Virus record (IMG/VR): IMGVR_UViG_3300045996_002337
Coordinates: 62,001 to 126,000 of that record
Strand: one strand, 5' to 3'
Length of the DNA: 64,000 nucleotides
Every line of letters starts with the position of its first letter. Position 1 is the first letter of the stretch. The translations under genes and the position numbers were made by a program. The notes beneath the pieces are model-generated. The model saw only the letters and a list, made by a program, of their open reading frames with translations, ran no database searches and was not told the origin of the DNA. Shown here piece after piece: positions 1 through 11,452 of the stretch.

Positions 1-3000
1 TTGGTGTGGAAACAACCTACAGTGCCGATGGGTGTTGTCAGCACGACCCTTCCATTGACGATCACAGGTATCCAGAACGTTGTCAACTTCCTGTACGGAT
101 ATGCGGCCTACTTGACCGATCGCGGATGGGAATTCAATCAACCATCTGAACACAACATTGACGCTGAAACTGGTCGCACCCGCAACTTCCAATTGGAAAT
201 TGAAAAATTCGTGGATGCTTGCTACGTTGGTCTAGAAGTAGATCAAGGCCACGTTGTGAACCCTTTCATTGATAGGGCGTGGTTCAATCAAGAAACTGGC
301 CTGATGTCTGAGTTCATTGACACATCCCTCTTTGATGTCACAGGTCACCCTGGCGTCTTTGACGCCCTAGGCGTGAAGTACAAGAAAGATGATCTCGATG
401 TTGTTCGCACTAATGCGCAGTCGTCGTTTGGCGCAACCGGACCGATGTTCTCTGCTCATATTCAGGTAGACGACTTCGAGCACCTGTTCATCTTTAACAA
501 CTTCTCGCAGCCTTCGACAGCATCTGGTCTTCTGTACGATCCATTTTCGGGCGGGCGCGTGATGACCTACAAGTTCAATGGGCGCAAACAGGCCTCGACG
601 ACCATGCGACCAGAGTTTGGTGGTCACTTCCTGGTCGGAAACAAGGTTCACCAGAACTTGCAGGCGTCAACTGATAACGTTGCAAACTTCTACGATCCTA
701 ACCGCGCGTTTGAGAATGAAACCACATCGCGTCACGCCCTCGCTCTTCTTGGCTTCAATACCAAGCAGTACTTTGACGACCTCGACATCTCAAACAAGAC
801 GCAGTTCAATTTCTGGCGTGGCCTGATTCAGGCCAAGGGCACGAACATGTCTATCGCCGCCTACCTCAACAACAATCGTTTTGATGATGCGAAGATTGAT
901 GAGTATTGGGCCTACAAGGTGGCGGAGTACGGCGATGCCCGACAGCGCGAGTATCCTGAGCTTAAGCTTTCTGTCAACGACGCCCTGACACAGTTCACAC
1001 AGCTTCAATTTGACGCAGCAGGTGGCGAGGGGCCAGGTGAACTAAGCGGCTTCTCGCAGATTAGTCGTTTCGATGAAAGTCGGTGGTTCAGCATCGATGA
1101 TATGGATCAAGACACTTACTTCAAAGCTGAGGTCGTAGGCACCTTCAAGAAGCAGGCGGTAGAGGGTGAGATCATCACGTTGCCGTTTATTGCTGACAAC
1201 CTTGAGCCAACAAGTGTAACTGGAGCTGCGGGATCTTTCGAGATCATTAACGCCACCACTATCATGGTGACAACGCTCGGCTCTGTCCAGGCTGACGGCA
1301 CGAACTTCAGCGTGATTGGTTATGGTCCTGCACGGCCACGTTTCAACCCAGTCAAACTATTCAACTACGTTGAAGATGAGTTGGTTGCTGAAATTTCGCT
1401 ATGGCATCCCGCTGCTGGCATCCATACCCCAGCAGCGATCGAAAGCATCAATGTAATCTCAGATCAAAACCCAGCGAAGTACAACTACTCGACGCTGTCT
1501 CTAAACAACAGCTCGTACGATCCGCTCCGGGCCTGGGGTGAGAATGAAGTTGGCCGCGTTTGGTTTGATACCCGTAACCTTGACTACCTCCCGTACTATG
1601 ATGAAAATGTCTTCTTGACACTTGATGAGAGATTGAGCCGTTGGGGCACTCTCGCCGATTACGCAAGCGTTGATGTATACGAATGGGTTCAATCTTCAGT
1701 GCCGCCGTCAGAGTACAACGTGCTGGCACAAGAGCAGGCTGGAGATGCGGATTTAGATCCAAACACAAAGGCAGCAGGTGAAGTCGCCAACCGCCAAACT
1801 TACGTACGTAACCGCCTGTGGTCTATTCGCCCTGTCGCATGGTCTTACTCGCCAGTTCCTGTTGACGTAGATTGGGGAGCAACACCGCCGTTTGTTGGCG
1901 GTTCTACTGATGCGCAACTTTCATTCAGCGATGGTTTGGCGTCACTTGACCGTGGCACATTTGCAGAATATGGCATCTTTGCGGGCATGCGTATTGGCGC
2001 ATGGAACAATGATGAAGTAAACCCTGCTCCATTGAGCGAATATCTTATCGAAGATGAATTCACCAAGGTCCTCAAGACAATTGATGGCGCTGCTTGGACA
2101 ACGCAGCCATCGACAACCGCTCTTGAGTGCTCAGTCGATGTGATTGCGTCTGGATACTCCAGCATCTCAGGGCAGCTTCTTTTCTCAGCAGCGCCAGTTG
2201 AAACGATTGGCAATGCTACAGATGAAAATGGCCTAGTAATTTCTTGGGGTGTGGATGTTCCAATGCGAGTCACTGAAGTTGGAAGTGGTGACAGCGAGTA
2301 TGTGATTGTTAGCTCAGGCGTTGGTGCAAATTCCTCAGCCTTGCTCTATGGCGCGACAGTTTCAGTTATTGCAGGAGAGAAGATCACCGTTGAGCTTCCG
2401 GCGTTTGGCCTAACTGTCATTGTTACAATCGCAGAGGCAGGCGAGTTCCCAATTGATTCGATTCGTAACGCAATCGTTAGCGCCCTGGGTGACAAACTCG
2501 TCGTGCGAGATGCTGTTGTAATCTCACCAATCGTGCCAGGCGCTGTTGTTGACATGTCAAACGATCTGCAGGACAATGATTTCCGTTTTGGATGGAGAGC
2601 TTGGTCTGTACCATCTCAAGCGCAGCTTGCTGCTGATGCTGTGCAGCCGTATTCCTCGTGGAAACCGTATGTTGGTGAATTCATGCCAATCGTGGGTAAC
2701 ATGACGCAGGTGCAGGACGCGGTTCAGTACGCCAGAGAGCCATTGTCCCTTAACGATGGCACGATCATCGAGCGTTACAAAACGACCTGGTCGAATTGGC
2801 GGGTTCTTGAAAATGAACGCAAGTCGGTCACCGCCGTAGGTCTTGAAAATGGCGAGCCTGTTCTTTTCACTTTTGACGAGAACATCGACCCTGCGCGGGT
2901 ATCTGTGTATGTGAATGGTATTGCCCAGCTAAAGGCTGCCTATACAATCACTGGTAAGACGGTCACGGTGCATTCTGTTCGCCGAGCTTCCACTGCCACT

Positions 3001-3948
3001 GTCATCATTCGTAAGTACGAGCCGTCTCTGGCCGAACTTGCCTTTGATCCAGATGTCGCTGATAACTTGGCCTTCCAGCAGCAATTTAAGCAAGACTACG
3101 AGTACGTTGCACAGCCGGTGCGTGACAACGAAGGTTCATTGACACAAATGCGTTATTTCTTCTGGGTCAAGAATAAGACGACGACAGCCATTGGCAAGAA
3201 GCTTTCAGTTCAAGCGATCACGCAGGAACTGCAAGAAGGTCCATCAAACTACCTGACCTTCCAGCATTTCTTAGAATCTAATTGGGCCCAGCCGAAGAGA
3301 TACGACGCAATTACGATTTCAGGTCTGTCGTATGTCGTCACGAAAGATGACACGTTTAAGCTGCGTTTCACCCGCGATTTTACCCTACGTGATGAACCAG
3401 AAGAACTGAACCTGAAGAACACTCACACTGAATGGGCGTTGATTCGTGCTGGTCAGAAGACACGTATTCCTGAAACACTTTGGCAAAAATTGACAGATAG
3501 CGTAGCTGGAGAAGACGCAGCTGGAAATGCCGTGCCAGCGGTTCGTCGTGTCCTGTATGACGAACGCAATGGAACGCGCACCCAGTTCGGCTTTAACCGC
3601 GAGCAAACCCTGGCCCCGTCCAATTTGCTCAGGTCGTCAATTGCTCATACCATCGTAAATACTACCTTGGTTGATTCGAGTGGTTCTGTCCCGGTTCCAG
3701 ATTACATTTCGTTCTTGGATTTGGATGATGCAGATGCGTGGTTTGCAGATGCAACGACAGCTCGTAAAACGATGACAGATATTTGGAATTCTGCGAAGGT
3801 TGAACAGGTAAACGAGATCTTTTTTGCTGCGCTGAATGATATTCTAGCAAGCAACTATCAGCTCTCAGATATCTTCAAGACGTCGCGCCTTTCAGCCTAC
3901 TCAATTAAAGTGGTGCGAGCCGCTGCAGTACCACAAACTTATGAGTGA
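1..3948 (+). CDS. Large virion structural protein (baseplate/tail-associated), 5' truncated by window edge
   Basis: Uninterrupted 1315-codon ORF from base 1, in the structural cluster; no enzyme motif seen. Confidence 0.6.
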   Translation: MVWKQPTVPMGVVSTTLPLTITGIQNVVNFLYGYAAYLTDRGWEFNQPSEHNIDAETGRTRNFQLEIEKFVDACYVGLEVDQGHVVNPFIDRAWFNQETGLMSEFIDTSLFDVTGHPGVFDALGVKYKKDDLDVVRTNAQSSFGATGPMFSAHIQVDDFEHLFIFNNFSQPSTASGLLYDPFSGGRVMTYKFNGRKQASTTMRPEFGGHFLVGNKVHQNLQASTDNVANFYDPNRAFENETTSRHALALLGFNTKQYFDDLDISNKTQFNFWRGLIQAKGTNMSIAAYLNNNRFDDAKIDEYWAYKVAEYGDARQREYPELKLSVNDALTQFTQLQFDAAGGEGPGELSGFSQISRFDESRWFSIDDMDQDTYFKAEVVGTFKKQAVEGEIITLPFIADNLEPTSVTGAAGSFEIINATTIMVTTLGSVQADGTNFSVIGYGPARPRFNPVKLFNYVEDELVAEISLWHPAAGIHTPAAIESINVISDQNPAKYNYSTLSLNNSSYDPLRAWGENEVGRVWFDTRNLDYLPYYDENVFLTLDERLSRWGTLADYASVDVYEWVQSSVPPSEYNVLAQEQAGDADLDPNTKAAGEVANRQTYVRNRLWSIRPVAWSYSPVPVDVDWGATPPFVGGSTDAQLSFSDGLASLDRGTFAEYGIFAGMRIGAWNNDEVNPAPLSEYLIEDEFTKVLKTIDGAAWTTQPSTTALECSVDVIASGYSSISGQLLFSAAPVETIGNATDENGLVISWGVDVPMRVTEVGSGDSEYVIVSSGVGANSSALLYGATVSVIAGEKITVELPAFGLTVIVTIAEAGEFPIDSIRNAIVSALGDKLVVRDAVVISPIVPGAVVDMSNDLQDNDFRFGWRAWSVPSQAQLAADAVQPYSSWKPYVGEFMPIVGNMTQVQDAVQYAREPLSLNDGTIIERYKTTWSNWRVLENERKSVTAVGLENGEPVLFTFDENIDPARVSVYVNGIAQLKAAYTITGKTVTVHSVRRASTATVIIRKYEPSLAELAFDPDVADNLAFQQQFKQDYEYVAQPVRDNEGSLTQMRYFFWVKNKTTTAIGKKLSVQAITQELQEGPSNYLTFQHFLESNWAQPKRYDAITISGLSYVVTKDDTFKLRFTRDFTLRDEPEELNLKNTHTEWALIRAGQKTRIPETLWQKLTDSVAGEDAAGNAVPAVRRVLYDERNGTRTQFGFNREQTLAPSNLLRSSIAHTIVNTTLVDSSGSVPVPDYISFLDLDDADAWFADATTARKTMTDIWNSAKVEQVNEIFFAALNDILASNYQLSDIFKTSRLSAYSIKVVRAAAVPQTYE

Positions 3949-3974
3949 TCTAAACACCTCTGCTCAGGTCAAGA

Positions 3975-6900
3975 ATGGCTAACACGCAAAATAAAAACAG
4001 CCAGTACATCAATTCGTTAGTCTCGTTTATTCTAGACACGAAACCGTACCACAGCAAGCTTTCAGAGACTGTCGAGGAATACCAGTTCCTCGACACCGCC
4101 AAGGTAAAGTTTACAGAGCGCCTTTCAATCCGCGCTAAGCTCAGCGGTACCTGGCTCTATAACTATTTCTCTGGTGCAAATCCAAACTTTAGAACTTCGG
4201 TCATTCATCGTCTTGAAGCTCCTATGTTTGCGCGCGATCGCTTTACTGTTGGCGCAGATGAGCACAAGGATCTAGCCCTTGTTCCGTATGCCTACTCCAA
4301 GAAGGCATTTGACGGTGTAGGGGTCAATGCCGTTCTTGTACGCAGGGCAAGCGGTGCCGCAGAACCATTCACAGAGTCAGTTGATTACTTTCAAAGTCAC
4401 GGGGCATTCCAATTTCAAATCAAGCAGACCCATGACGCGAACGGTGAGTTTGTGCCGCTGTGGACATCCTCAATGGACAACGGAGTTGTAGGTCAATCCA
4501 TTGCCAACACTCGCACCCTCGCCCTAGATCGAACAAATCCAAGCAGCGCGATCAATCGTGTAATTGCATTGCTGTCTGAAGTACAGGCGGCCGTAACTGC
4601 TGCAGGTGGTGATGTCGATGTGCAACGTGAACTTGATCTTCTTTTCGAGATCATTGCGGCCGACAACCTTCCACAGAGCTATGAAGCGCTCATTGCATGG
4701 CTCGGCGTGAATCCCTTGATTCTCGTTGATCGTGAAGAACTTGCCGTAAATTTGCATCTTCAATCTCCGCCATTGTTCTTTGGTCAATTTTCTGACATTG
4801 GCATCCGTGAAAGCGGGCTTGCGCAATATGAATCTGTCGAAAGTGCGCACGTTAGAGTGTTTGATATTCAATCGACACCAGAGGGTAACTACGAAGAGTG
4901 GACGCTTACCGCGGTGGATGAAGACACCCCACTGTATCGTGTCTCAGGCTCGGTATCGAACTTCATTGGCTTCGTAGTTGCCGGCGATGACTTCTCTTCG
5001 CCGGAAAAAGTTTCATTCAAAACTGAGCATATTTCCCAGGCAGCAGTTGGGCATTCGGTTTCATTTGCGCCTGCAAACAAACTAATCATTCACCCTAACG
5101 CCCCACTTGAAACTTGGAACATCATCAAGGTCAATCCAATTGCCCATGATCGCCCGTACTTGGTGTCAACAGGCTACGGAAAAATTCAAGACAGTAATGG
5201 AGTGGTTGGTAAGGTCACAGTTCTTGATCCAACCCTTCCAACGACAGACATTGTGCTAGAGGCAAGATCAAACGGAACGACATTCGACCTGTCTAGCAGT
5301 GCAGACCCCACCCACACTGGTGTCGCGAATGCTGGCGTTCCATTTAACGATGGGCGAATTGCATTCACAATCATCCCCGGCATTCAGCCGTTCGCGACAG
5401 GTGATCGCTTTTACATTCCAATTGAGAACCTTCCTGCGTCTGCCGAGAACGTCGATCTTGGATATGGGTATGACTTGGATCCATATGACAATGATCAACT
5501 ACTCGATGATCAAGGCAGAAAAGTCGGCTTCTTTTATGATGGTCGATTCACGGATTATGACACATCCCTCTTGAACATTGAGGTAAGTGAAGCTGCGGTT
5601 TCAGGCAGAAAGTGGAGGGCCCGGGCTCTTCCTTCTGCAAATGCAATTGCCACCATCAAGAAAGATGGCAGTGGTCCAAACATTCGTATTGACCTAACTG
5701 ATGCCACCTCTGGCGTTGCCCCAGATCCCGCGCTTGATTCTGTACCGCTTTACTCAATGGATGGCGACGCAAATACTGCAGCAGATCTTTTCCTTTACTA
5801 CGCCGACACCTTCAGTGTCGAGTACTCGGACGATGATTTTGTTACAACTGTGCCGGTATCAACCGTTGGCGTCGGACAGACATTCAACTCGGTGGCGCAT
5901 GGCGTGAAGTTTACCATCCAGCCGGGCTCAAAGCCGTTTGTTGCTGTGTCTTCAGATGACGGCTTGGCTAAACCTCGCGTCGAGGGTGGTGACGTTTTCA
6001 GCTTCACTGTTAACAATCCGTTCCCTTCGGTAGCGGATGGCGGGCAAGTAGGCCTGACTTCATCGGCAATTCCACGCCTGCAAATGCACAGCGATGGTTT
6101 TCATTATGCGCCCGCGGCCCGTTGGACAGTTACATTTACATCGCCAACTGAGTACGTTGTCTCTGCTACCCAGTTGGGTGAGAACGAAGAGGTTCCACTT
6201 GCGGGGTCACCAATCTCAGGAACACTGACGACGCCAGGTGCAGGCGGCCGAGAAGGCCGTTCGTTTAACGCTCTCGGCGTTCACTTCACGGTGGTGCCAA
6301 ACGCTGGCATTTATCCTGGCGATACGTTCACGTTTCAAACGTTCGCTCGTAAGCCTTCATATTTGGTTCATGGATCTGTTTCTGGGTGGGCTGGCGAAGC
6401 TGTTGTCGGACAATATTTCTGGAACGGTAAGATAGGTTTCAAGCTTGACGCTCCTACAGCGAACCTATATCAAAATGGAATCATCGTAGAAGATCACTCT
6501 ACGGTCGGCTTCACTCTAAATCGGGTGCGTGAAGATCTAGGTACCGTTGCCTACCTCATTACAAAAACAGAGACTGGCTACATGGTGTCAAGAACTGACA
6601 CTGGCGTCCTTGGGTTTGTTGGAGCTACTGGTGAATTCAATGATACATATGTGTCGTTTGCACTTACCGGCGCAACGTTCGATGAAATCAAGTTAGACAT
6701 CAGCAGCCATGATTTCCCACTGTTTAATGGCCAGGACCTCGTTATCCTGCGCCCTACTATTGGCAGCAAGCTTCCAAAAACTGGTGAGCACGTCATTGTA
6801 GAAAAAACTGAGGATTCAAGGTTTGGTATTAGCCTGACGCCGGGCGGCACCGACATGAGTGCTCTCGCACCGATTACGATCGACCCGCGCTTCATTGATA

Positions 6901-8075
6901 CTGATACAAACAGCCCGATTCCGCTGTCATTCACCAGTCCAGAAACTGCAATTCTGCGCGGATGGTTGCCACTCACAGTAGAAAAGTTCGACAGCTCGAC
7001 GTCCGTGGCAGAATTTTCAGATCCCGTTACGAGTTACCTGTTCAAGAGCGCGGCAACCGGTTTGACCGTCGGCTCAATCAAGCAGCAAACAACCGACTTG
7101 AATGGACCCACCGTATTTGAATGGGATGCTGACTTCTTTGCCCAGTATCTGCCGCTGAACGCTGAGGCAAACTTTGTAACGCTGGGAACCGGCTGGAACG
7201 ATAAGACCAATGTTCGCATTTCAGAAAGCGTAAAGTTTTTGATTAGCGGTGGCGCCCTCGACGGTAGCTTCATGTTCAACGATGAGATTGGCGTTGATTT
7301 TATTGAAGACACGTTCATGCATATCGGCTTGAACCCTGAGGACCAAACTGAAGTCGTTATCAATGATGGACCATTTGTTGGGTTTGTTCGTGGTTACGAT
7401 AACGTACTCTTTGACGAGACAGGGTATGATGAAGGTCAACCGCCTGACATCTACTCCCTCATGGCCCGAGCCAACCTAACACAGCAAGAACAGGCAGACA
7501 TTCTTGATTCTTGGAACTTCTTTATCGGTGGAGATTTGGTTCCAACGACCGCCGAGCAGTGGGCCTACCTTCGCGCTCGACTAGCTGAGGATCCAAATCC
7601 GGGCCTTACAACTACAGACAAGTTTGGATATCCATCTGTTGGCCTTGCAATGGACATCAAGACCGATCCTGTGAACACTGCCTCGGCACAGTTCCAAGAA
7701 GCAATGGTCGTTTTCTCTGTAGATTCAGGCAACCTGCATGACGTTCGCCCATATGATATTGGAAGCATCGACCTTCAGGAAAGCAGCACCGCAATCATGT
7801 ATTCTGGCTCGCTGCCACCAGTGCCAACGTCTGTCCCGGCAGGTGCCACGTTTGAAACATTCGAGACACCGCTCGAGGTTCAAGTGCCTTCTCGAATTTT
7901 TGAGATCACATTTAACGCCTCACCCGCACAGCTTGATACGTTGAACCCACAGTTTTCCATCTGGCTGCCCGGCTACCCAGCACCCCAAGCCGTTCCAACG
8001 GTAGAGAAGGTCTCCGCAGGAAAATATCGTTTCTCAATCGCGCGAGCGTCCGAAGCGAAGATAATCGTTGGTTGA
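3975..8075 (+). CDS. Large virion structural protein (baseplate/tail-associated)
   Basis: 1366 aa, beta-rich, repeated 'F.I.PG..pF..GD.F.F' modules and YD..pYD motifs. Confidence 0.6.
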   Translation: MANTQNKNSQYINSLVSFILDTKPYHSKLSETVEEYQFLDTAKVKFTERLSIRAKLSGTWLYNYFSGANPNFRTSVIHRLEAPMFARDRFTVGADEHKDLALVPYAYSKKAFDGVGVNAVLVRRASGAAEPFTESVDYFQSHGAFQFQIKQTHDANGEFVPLWTSSMDNGVVGQSIANTRTLALDRTNPSSAINRVIALLSEVQAAVTAAGGDVDVQRELDLLFEIIAADNLPQSYEALIAWLGVNPLILVDREELAVNLHLQSPPLFFGQFSDIGIRESGLAQYESVESAHVRVFDIQSTPEGNYEEWTLTAVDEDTPLYRVSGSVSNFIGFVVAGDDFSSPEKVSFKTEHISQAAVGHSVSFAPANKLIIHPNAPLETWNIIKVNPIAHDRPYLVSTGYGKIQDSNGVVGKVTVLDPTLPTTDIVLEARSNGTTFDLSSSADPTHTGVANAGVPFNDGRIAFTIIPGIQPFATGDRFYIPIENLPASAENVDLGYGYDLDPYDNDQLLDDQGRKVGFFYDGRFTDYDTSLLNIEVSEAAVSGRKWRARALPSANAIATIKKDGSGPNIRIDLTDATSGVAPDPALDSVPLYSMDGDANTAADLFLYYADTFSVEYSDDDFVTTVPVSTVGVGQTFNSVAHGVKFTIQPGSKPFVAVSSDDGLAKPRVEGGDVFSFTVNNPFPSVADGGQVGLTSSAIPRLQMHSDGFHYAPAARWTVTFTSPTEYVVSATQLGENEEVPLAGSPISGTLTTPGAGGREGRSFNALGVHFTVVPNAGIYPGDTFTFQTFARKPSYLVHGSVSGWAGEAVVGQYFWNGKIGFKLDAPTANLYQNGIIVEDHSTVGFTLNRVREDLGTVAYLITKTETGYMVSRTDTGVLGFVGATGEFNDTYVSFALTGATFDEIKLDISSHDFPLFNGQDLVILRPTIGSKLPKTGEHVIVEKTEDSRFGISLTPGGTDMSALAPITIDPRFIDTDTNSPIPLSFTSPETAILRGWLPLTVEKFDSSTSVAEFSDPVTSYLFKSAATGLTVGSIKQQTTDLNGPTVFEWDADFFAQYLPLNAEANFVTLGTGWNDKTNVRISESVKFLISGGALDGSFMFNDEIGVDFIEDTFMHIGLNPEDQTEVVINDGPFVGFVRGYDNVLFDETGYDEGQPPDIYSLMARANLTQQEQADILDSWNFFIGGDLVPTTAEQWAYLRARLAEDPNPGLTTTDKFGYPSVGLAMDIKTDPVNTASAQFQEAMVVFSVDSGNLHDVRPYDIGSIDLQESSTAIMYSGSLPPVPTSVPAGATFETFETPLEVQVPSRIFEITFNASPAQLDTLNPQFSIWLPGYPAPQAVPTVEKVSAGKYRFSIARASEAKIIVG

Positions 8076-8083
8076 CCTTTTCG

Positions 8084-8090
8084 ATAAATA
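8084..8090 (+). promoter_or_regulatory. T4-type late promoter core (ATAAATA)
   Basis: ATAAATA 26 nt before ATG 8117; the motif recurs before many structural genes; resembles T4 TATAAATA. Confidence 0.7.
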
Positions 8091-8116
8091 GTCCGAATAA
8101 CCCACTAGGATTTCAT

Positions 8117-8749
8117 ATGCAAGAAGCTCTAAAAACCACAGTTGTTGGCCACGTTCTTATCAAGGACGATCTTGGCAACGTGCTGGTGGACAAAACAAAT
8201 GCCATCCACCCGAAGAACATGGCCACTGCAATTGCTCGCGGTCTTTCAAACACCGCCAACTTTCAGGTCTACAAGCTCAAGCTAGGTAACCAGGGAACTT
8301 ACATTGACAGCTCCCAACAGATCGTGTTTCGTCCGCCTAACGTTTCTGGCGATACCGCTGATCTGTACAACCCAACCTATGTTGAAATTGTTGATGACGC
8401 GGATGCTAGCGTAGGTAGTGGAAACTCGGTAACGTTCTCGAACATTCCAGCTTCTACAAACACCCGCGTAATTATTACTGCTGTCGTGTCAGCGAACGAG
8501 GCCATCAATCGCGCAACTGACGAGGCTGACAGCGCTACACCGACGCCAGACGCAGAAACAGACGCCACACTTGATCCAGACAGCCAGTTCTTCTTTGACG
8601 AACTTGGTCTCTTCACGCGGGAAACATCTGGTACAATGCTTGATGGTGCGGGCGAGCTGATGCTTAGTCACCTCATTTTCAGCCCGATTGAACACACAGG
8701 TTCACGTGAGCTGACAATTGTGTACTCCCTGACAATTTCCGTTTCCTAA
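8117..8749 (+). CDS. Virion structural protein (baseplate wedge-like)
   Basis: Start moved to ATG 8117 (MQEALK, AGGA SD, after late promoter); 'FDELGL...LSHLIFSPI' C-terminus. Confidence 0.55.
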   Translation: MQEALKTTVVGHVLIKDDLGNVLVDKTNAIHPKNMATAIARGLSNTANFQVYKLKLGNQGTYIDSSQQIVFRPPNVSGDTADLYNPTYVEIVDDADASVGSGNSVTFSNIPASTNTRVIITAVVSANEAINRATDEADSATPTPDAETDATLDPDSQFFFDELGLFTRETSGTMLDGAGELMLSHLIFSPIEHTGSRELTIVYSLTISVS

Positions 8750-8781
8750 TCGACCTTGAGGTCACACAACACGGAAGCATT

Positions 8782-10437
8782 ATGCGACTAACCTTTAGGC
8801 AAGGCATCGCCAGATATCAGACCGACATTTATGGGACCCCAACATTCCTTAGAAAGTCTGTATCGCCCGATGGTTTTGTGGACCTCATTGTTTCGCCGGA
8901 TCCAACAATTGTAGTGTTCGCGCACAAGGCTGCGACGTACATTGTGGAGGAGAGCCGAACTGTTGCTGGTGCGTGGGGACCTTTCCCCGCTAGTGGACCG
9001 ACAAAGTATCTCTACTGGGACATCAACTTACTTGATGCATCCCTTACACGAGGTTTCACAGCGCTTCTTCCAATTGTTGGAACAGAGAAGCCAGTTGAGC
9101 CAGCAATTGATCAGCACTGGTTTGATAAAACAAATCACCAGATGAAGGTCTGGAACGGGACAAAATGGATTGAGAAGCTGCGCGTGTTTGCGGCGAGCTA
9201 TTCCTCAGGCGCCATCCTTCACCCCATGCCGTTAGGTACACAGGCCGGAGAAAATGGTCACTTTGAGGCTGGCAATTTAGTTCTTGATACCTTTCAGAAA
9301 CCGCTTCGACAGTCAGACGGTACGTTCGTTACCTCAGCGAGTGAGCTGTCAATTATCAACGCCGCCACAAAGAAGGTGAAGTTTGAAGCTGAGATCTATA
9401 GCGGACTAGCAGAGGAGTACATCGCGCAGTTCAGCTTTGTGCAATCGCGGCCGGGGCGGCGCATTATTCTCGCGCGTAGCGATGATTGGAAGAGCCGTAT
9501 CTCTGGAATTGTCACTGAAGATCTACATCAAAATGAAGTTGGCAACGTCGTGACGGATGGTCTCGTGCGCTTCGAACAGTGGAACTGGGCACCAGAGACC
9601 ATTGGAAAGCCAATTTTCTGTGGTCCCACAGGTGAGGTAACGTTGATCCCACCAACAATTGGTGTTCATCAAATCGCTGGGTACGTTTACGATAAGGACA
9701 GTGTGTTCATCAACGTTAAGCAGGCCGTAATTTTAGATGACTTGAGCCCGCTTTCACCGGTTGATAACACGCAACCGATGCTCGCTCCTGTCGCGTCATT
9801 TACCGCAACGCCAGCAGTTGGAACTGTGCCGCTCACAGTTACGTTTAACAGCACGTCACTTCATAATCCAACTTTGATCGAATGGGATTTCTTTGGCACT
9901 GGCGAGGTGGACGCGGTTGGTGAATCCGTATCTTTCACTTACCGCGATGCTGGAACGTATTCTGTAAGGTTGCGCGCCTCAAACATTTTTGGTCAAGATG
10001 AAGAGGTAAAAACTGGAGTCATTAAGGTGAATCCAACATCTGCACCGAATCTGCAAACGAATTTAGGAATTCAACTCTCCGGCCCGCTTCAAGTTGAAAC
10101 CTCACAGGAATTTGCCATCTCAGTCATCGTGTCAAATGATGGTAACCTACATTCCACTGAGGTGGCTCGAATCATTGAAATTGATGACGTAGTTGGCGTT
10201 CCAGTTACTATTTCAAGCTCACCGTCTGGTAGCATCATCAATCATGTGGGCACAAAAACAATCCTGGCGCTGCCTGTAATTTCAATGCTTGGAACTGGTG
10301 AGTACCGCAGCACGTCATTTAATCTGACGGCGCCGTCTGTGATCGGCCCTTTCCGTGTTATCGCAAATGTTCAAAGCCCGGAAACAGACAGCACGATGGC
10401 CGATAACAGCGCTGAACTATTGATCAGGGTCAAATAA
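8782..10437 (+). CDS. Virion protein with PKD (Ig-like) and DUF11-like C-terminal domains
   Basis: PKD signature 'PVASFTATPAVGTVPLTVTF...WDF..G...FTY.DAGTYSVRL.ASN'; 'D...ADNS' end. Confidence 0.65.
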   Translation: MRLTFRQGIARYQTDIYGTPTFLRKSVSPDGFVDLIVSPDPTIVVFAHKAATYIVEESRTVAGAWGPFPASGPTKYLYWDINLLDASLTRGFTALLPIVGTEKPVEPAIDQHWFDKTNHQMKVWNGTKWIEKLRVFAASYSSGAILHPMPLGTQAGENGHFEAGNLVLDTFQKPLRQSDGTFVTSASELSIINAATKKVKFEAEIYSGLAEEYIAQFSFVQSRPGRRIILARSDDWKSRISGIVTEDLHQNEVGNVVTDGLVRFEQWNWAPETIGKPIFCGPTGEVTLIPPTIGVHQIAGYVYDKDSVFINVKQAVILDDLSPLSPVDNTQPMLAPVASFTATPAVGTVPLTVTFNSTSLHNPTLIEWDFFGTGEVDAVGESVSFTYRDAGTYSVRLRASNIFGQDEEVKTGVIKVNPTSAPNLQTNLGIQLSGPLQVETSQEFAISVIVSNDGNLHSTEVARIIEIDDVVGVPVTISSSPSGSIINHVGTKTILALPVISMLGTGEYRSTSFNLTAPSVIGPFRVIANVQSPETDSTMADNSAELLIRVK

Positions 10438-11393
10438 TGGCAAACGTTCTCAAGCCCATCTACCTCGTTGATACCGTAGGCGAATTTGCGCGACTACCTG
10501 ATGGTGCGGTTATCAACGCCGGTGGCGTGGCAGGTCCAACTTTCTCTGTTGGTGGTAAGCCACTTCTATTTGCCGATGGGACTGCAACTGACGGCACGAC
10601 AGTTCAGCTTCCTTCGATTGATTTCCAAACTGTTTATCAGAACTCCGTTGGTGAGGCGTTCATTGATTTCACAAGTGGGAAAGATTTCATCCTCCAGGCC
10701 GTTAACGACAAGCAGTTTAGATTTGATGCAGACACTGGGCTGGTAACAATTACTGGCGACCTGGTGGTAATCGGCACCGCCACGACCGTAATTAACACTG
10801 AAATTTCATCACACAAAGTTCATATTCACCCGACAGCTGGTGACTATGTGCCCCTCTTGATTGAACCCGTTGCGGGGGTAACACCTACAGAAAACGTCGT
10901 CGATGTCAAAGTTGCATATGACGGTGCCTCTGTCTTCTGGATCAATGCAGCTGGCACAACGAATCTCCAAAATCTAACGATCACAAGCGGACAGGTTAAT
11001 GGCGTTGATATTGCTGGTCTGCAGCAACAGCTCATCGATCATGCGAATCTATCTTCAGAGTCAATTAAGCACACTGCGGCGCAGATTTCATTTGATGATA
11101 GCGAAGCTGCACCTGTTATTGGAGAGACCGTCCAAGCGGCCATTCAAAGCATCGCCACCTCATTGGCAGCCATCAATCCTAGTAACGTAACAGGATTTGA
11201 GCATGTCCAAGAAACCCCATCAACCACATGGACCGTAGTGCATGGACAAAATACCCGCAAAGCGCATGTCACGCTGTGGGATACATCTGACGAGATGATC
11301 ATGGCAGACACCGTTACAATTGCTGATGCGAACACCATTGTAATAAGGTACAACACTGCCATCGCGGGGCGAGCTGTCTTGGTGCTTTTCTAA
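10437..11393 (+). CDS. Tail fibre/appendage protein
   Basis: 'H.AAQISF' fibre motif plus C-terminal 'H.Q..PS..W.V.H' module; TAATG overlap. Confidence 0.55.
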   Translation: MANVLKPIYLVDTVGEFARLPDGAVINAGGVAGPTFSVGGKPLLFADGTATDGTTVQLPSIDFQTVYQNSVGEAFIDFTSGKDFILQAVNDKQFRFDADTGLVTITGDLVVIGTATTVINTEISSHKVHIHPTAGDYVPLLIEPVAGVTPTENVVDVKVAYDGASVFWINAAGTTNLQNLTITSGQVNGVDIAGLQQQLIDHANLSSESIKHTAAQISFDDSEAAPVIGETVQAAIQSIATSLAAINPSNVTGFEHVQETPSTTWTVVHGQNTRKAHVTLWDTSDEMIMADTVTIADANTIVIRYNTAIAGRAVLVLF

Positions 11394-11412
11394 GTAATTT
11401 GTCGTTCACTCC

Positions 11413-11419
11413 ATAAATA
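11413..11419 (+). promoter_or_regulatory. T4-type late promoter core
   Basis: ATAAATA in the intergenic gap before 11453. Confidence 0.7.
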
Positions 11420-11452
11420 GAGTGAACATCACAAAGTGCTTAAAGAGGCAAC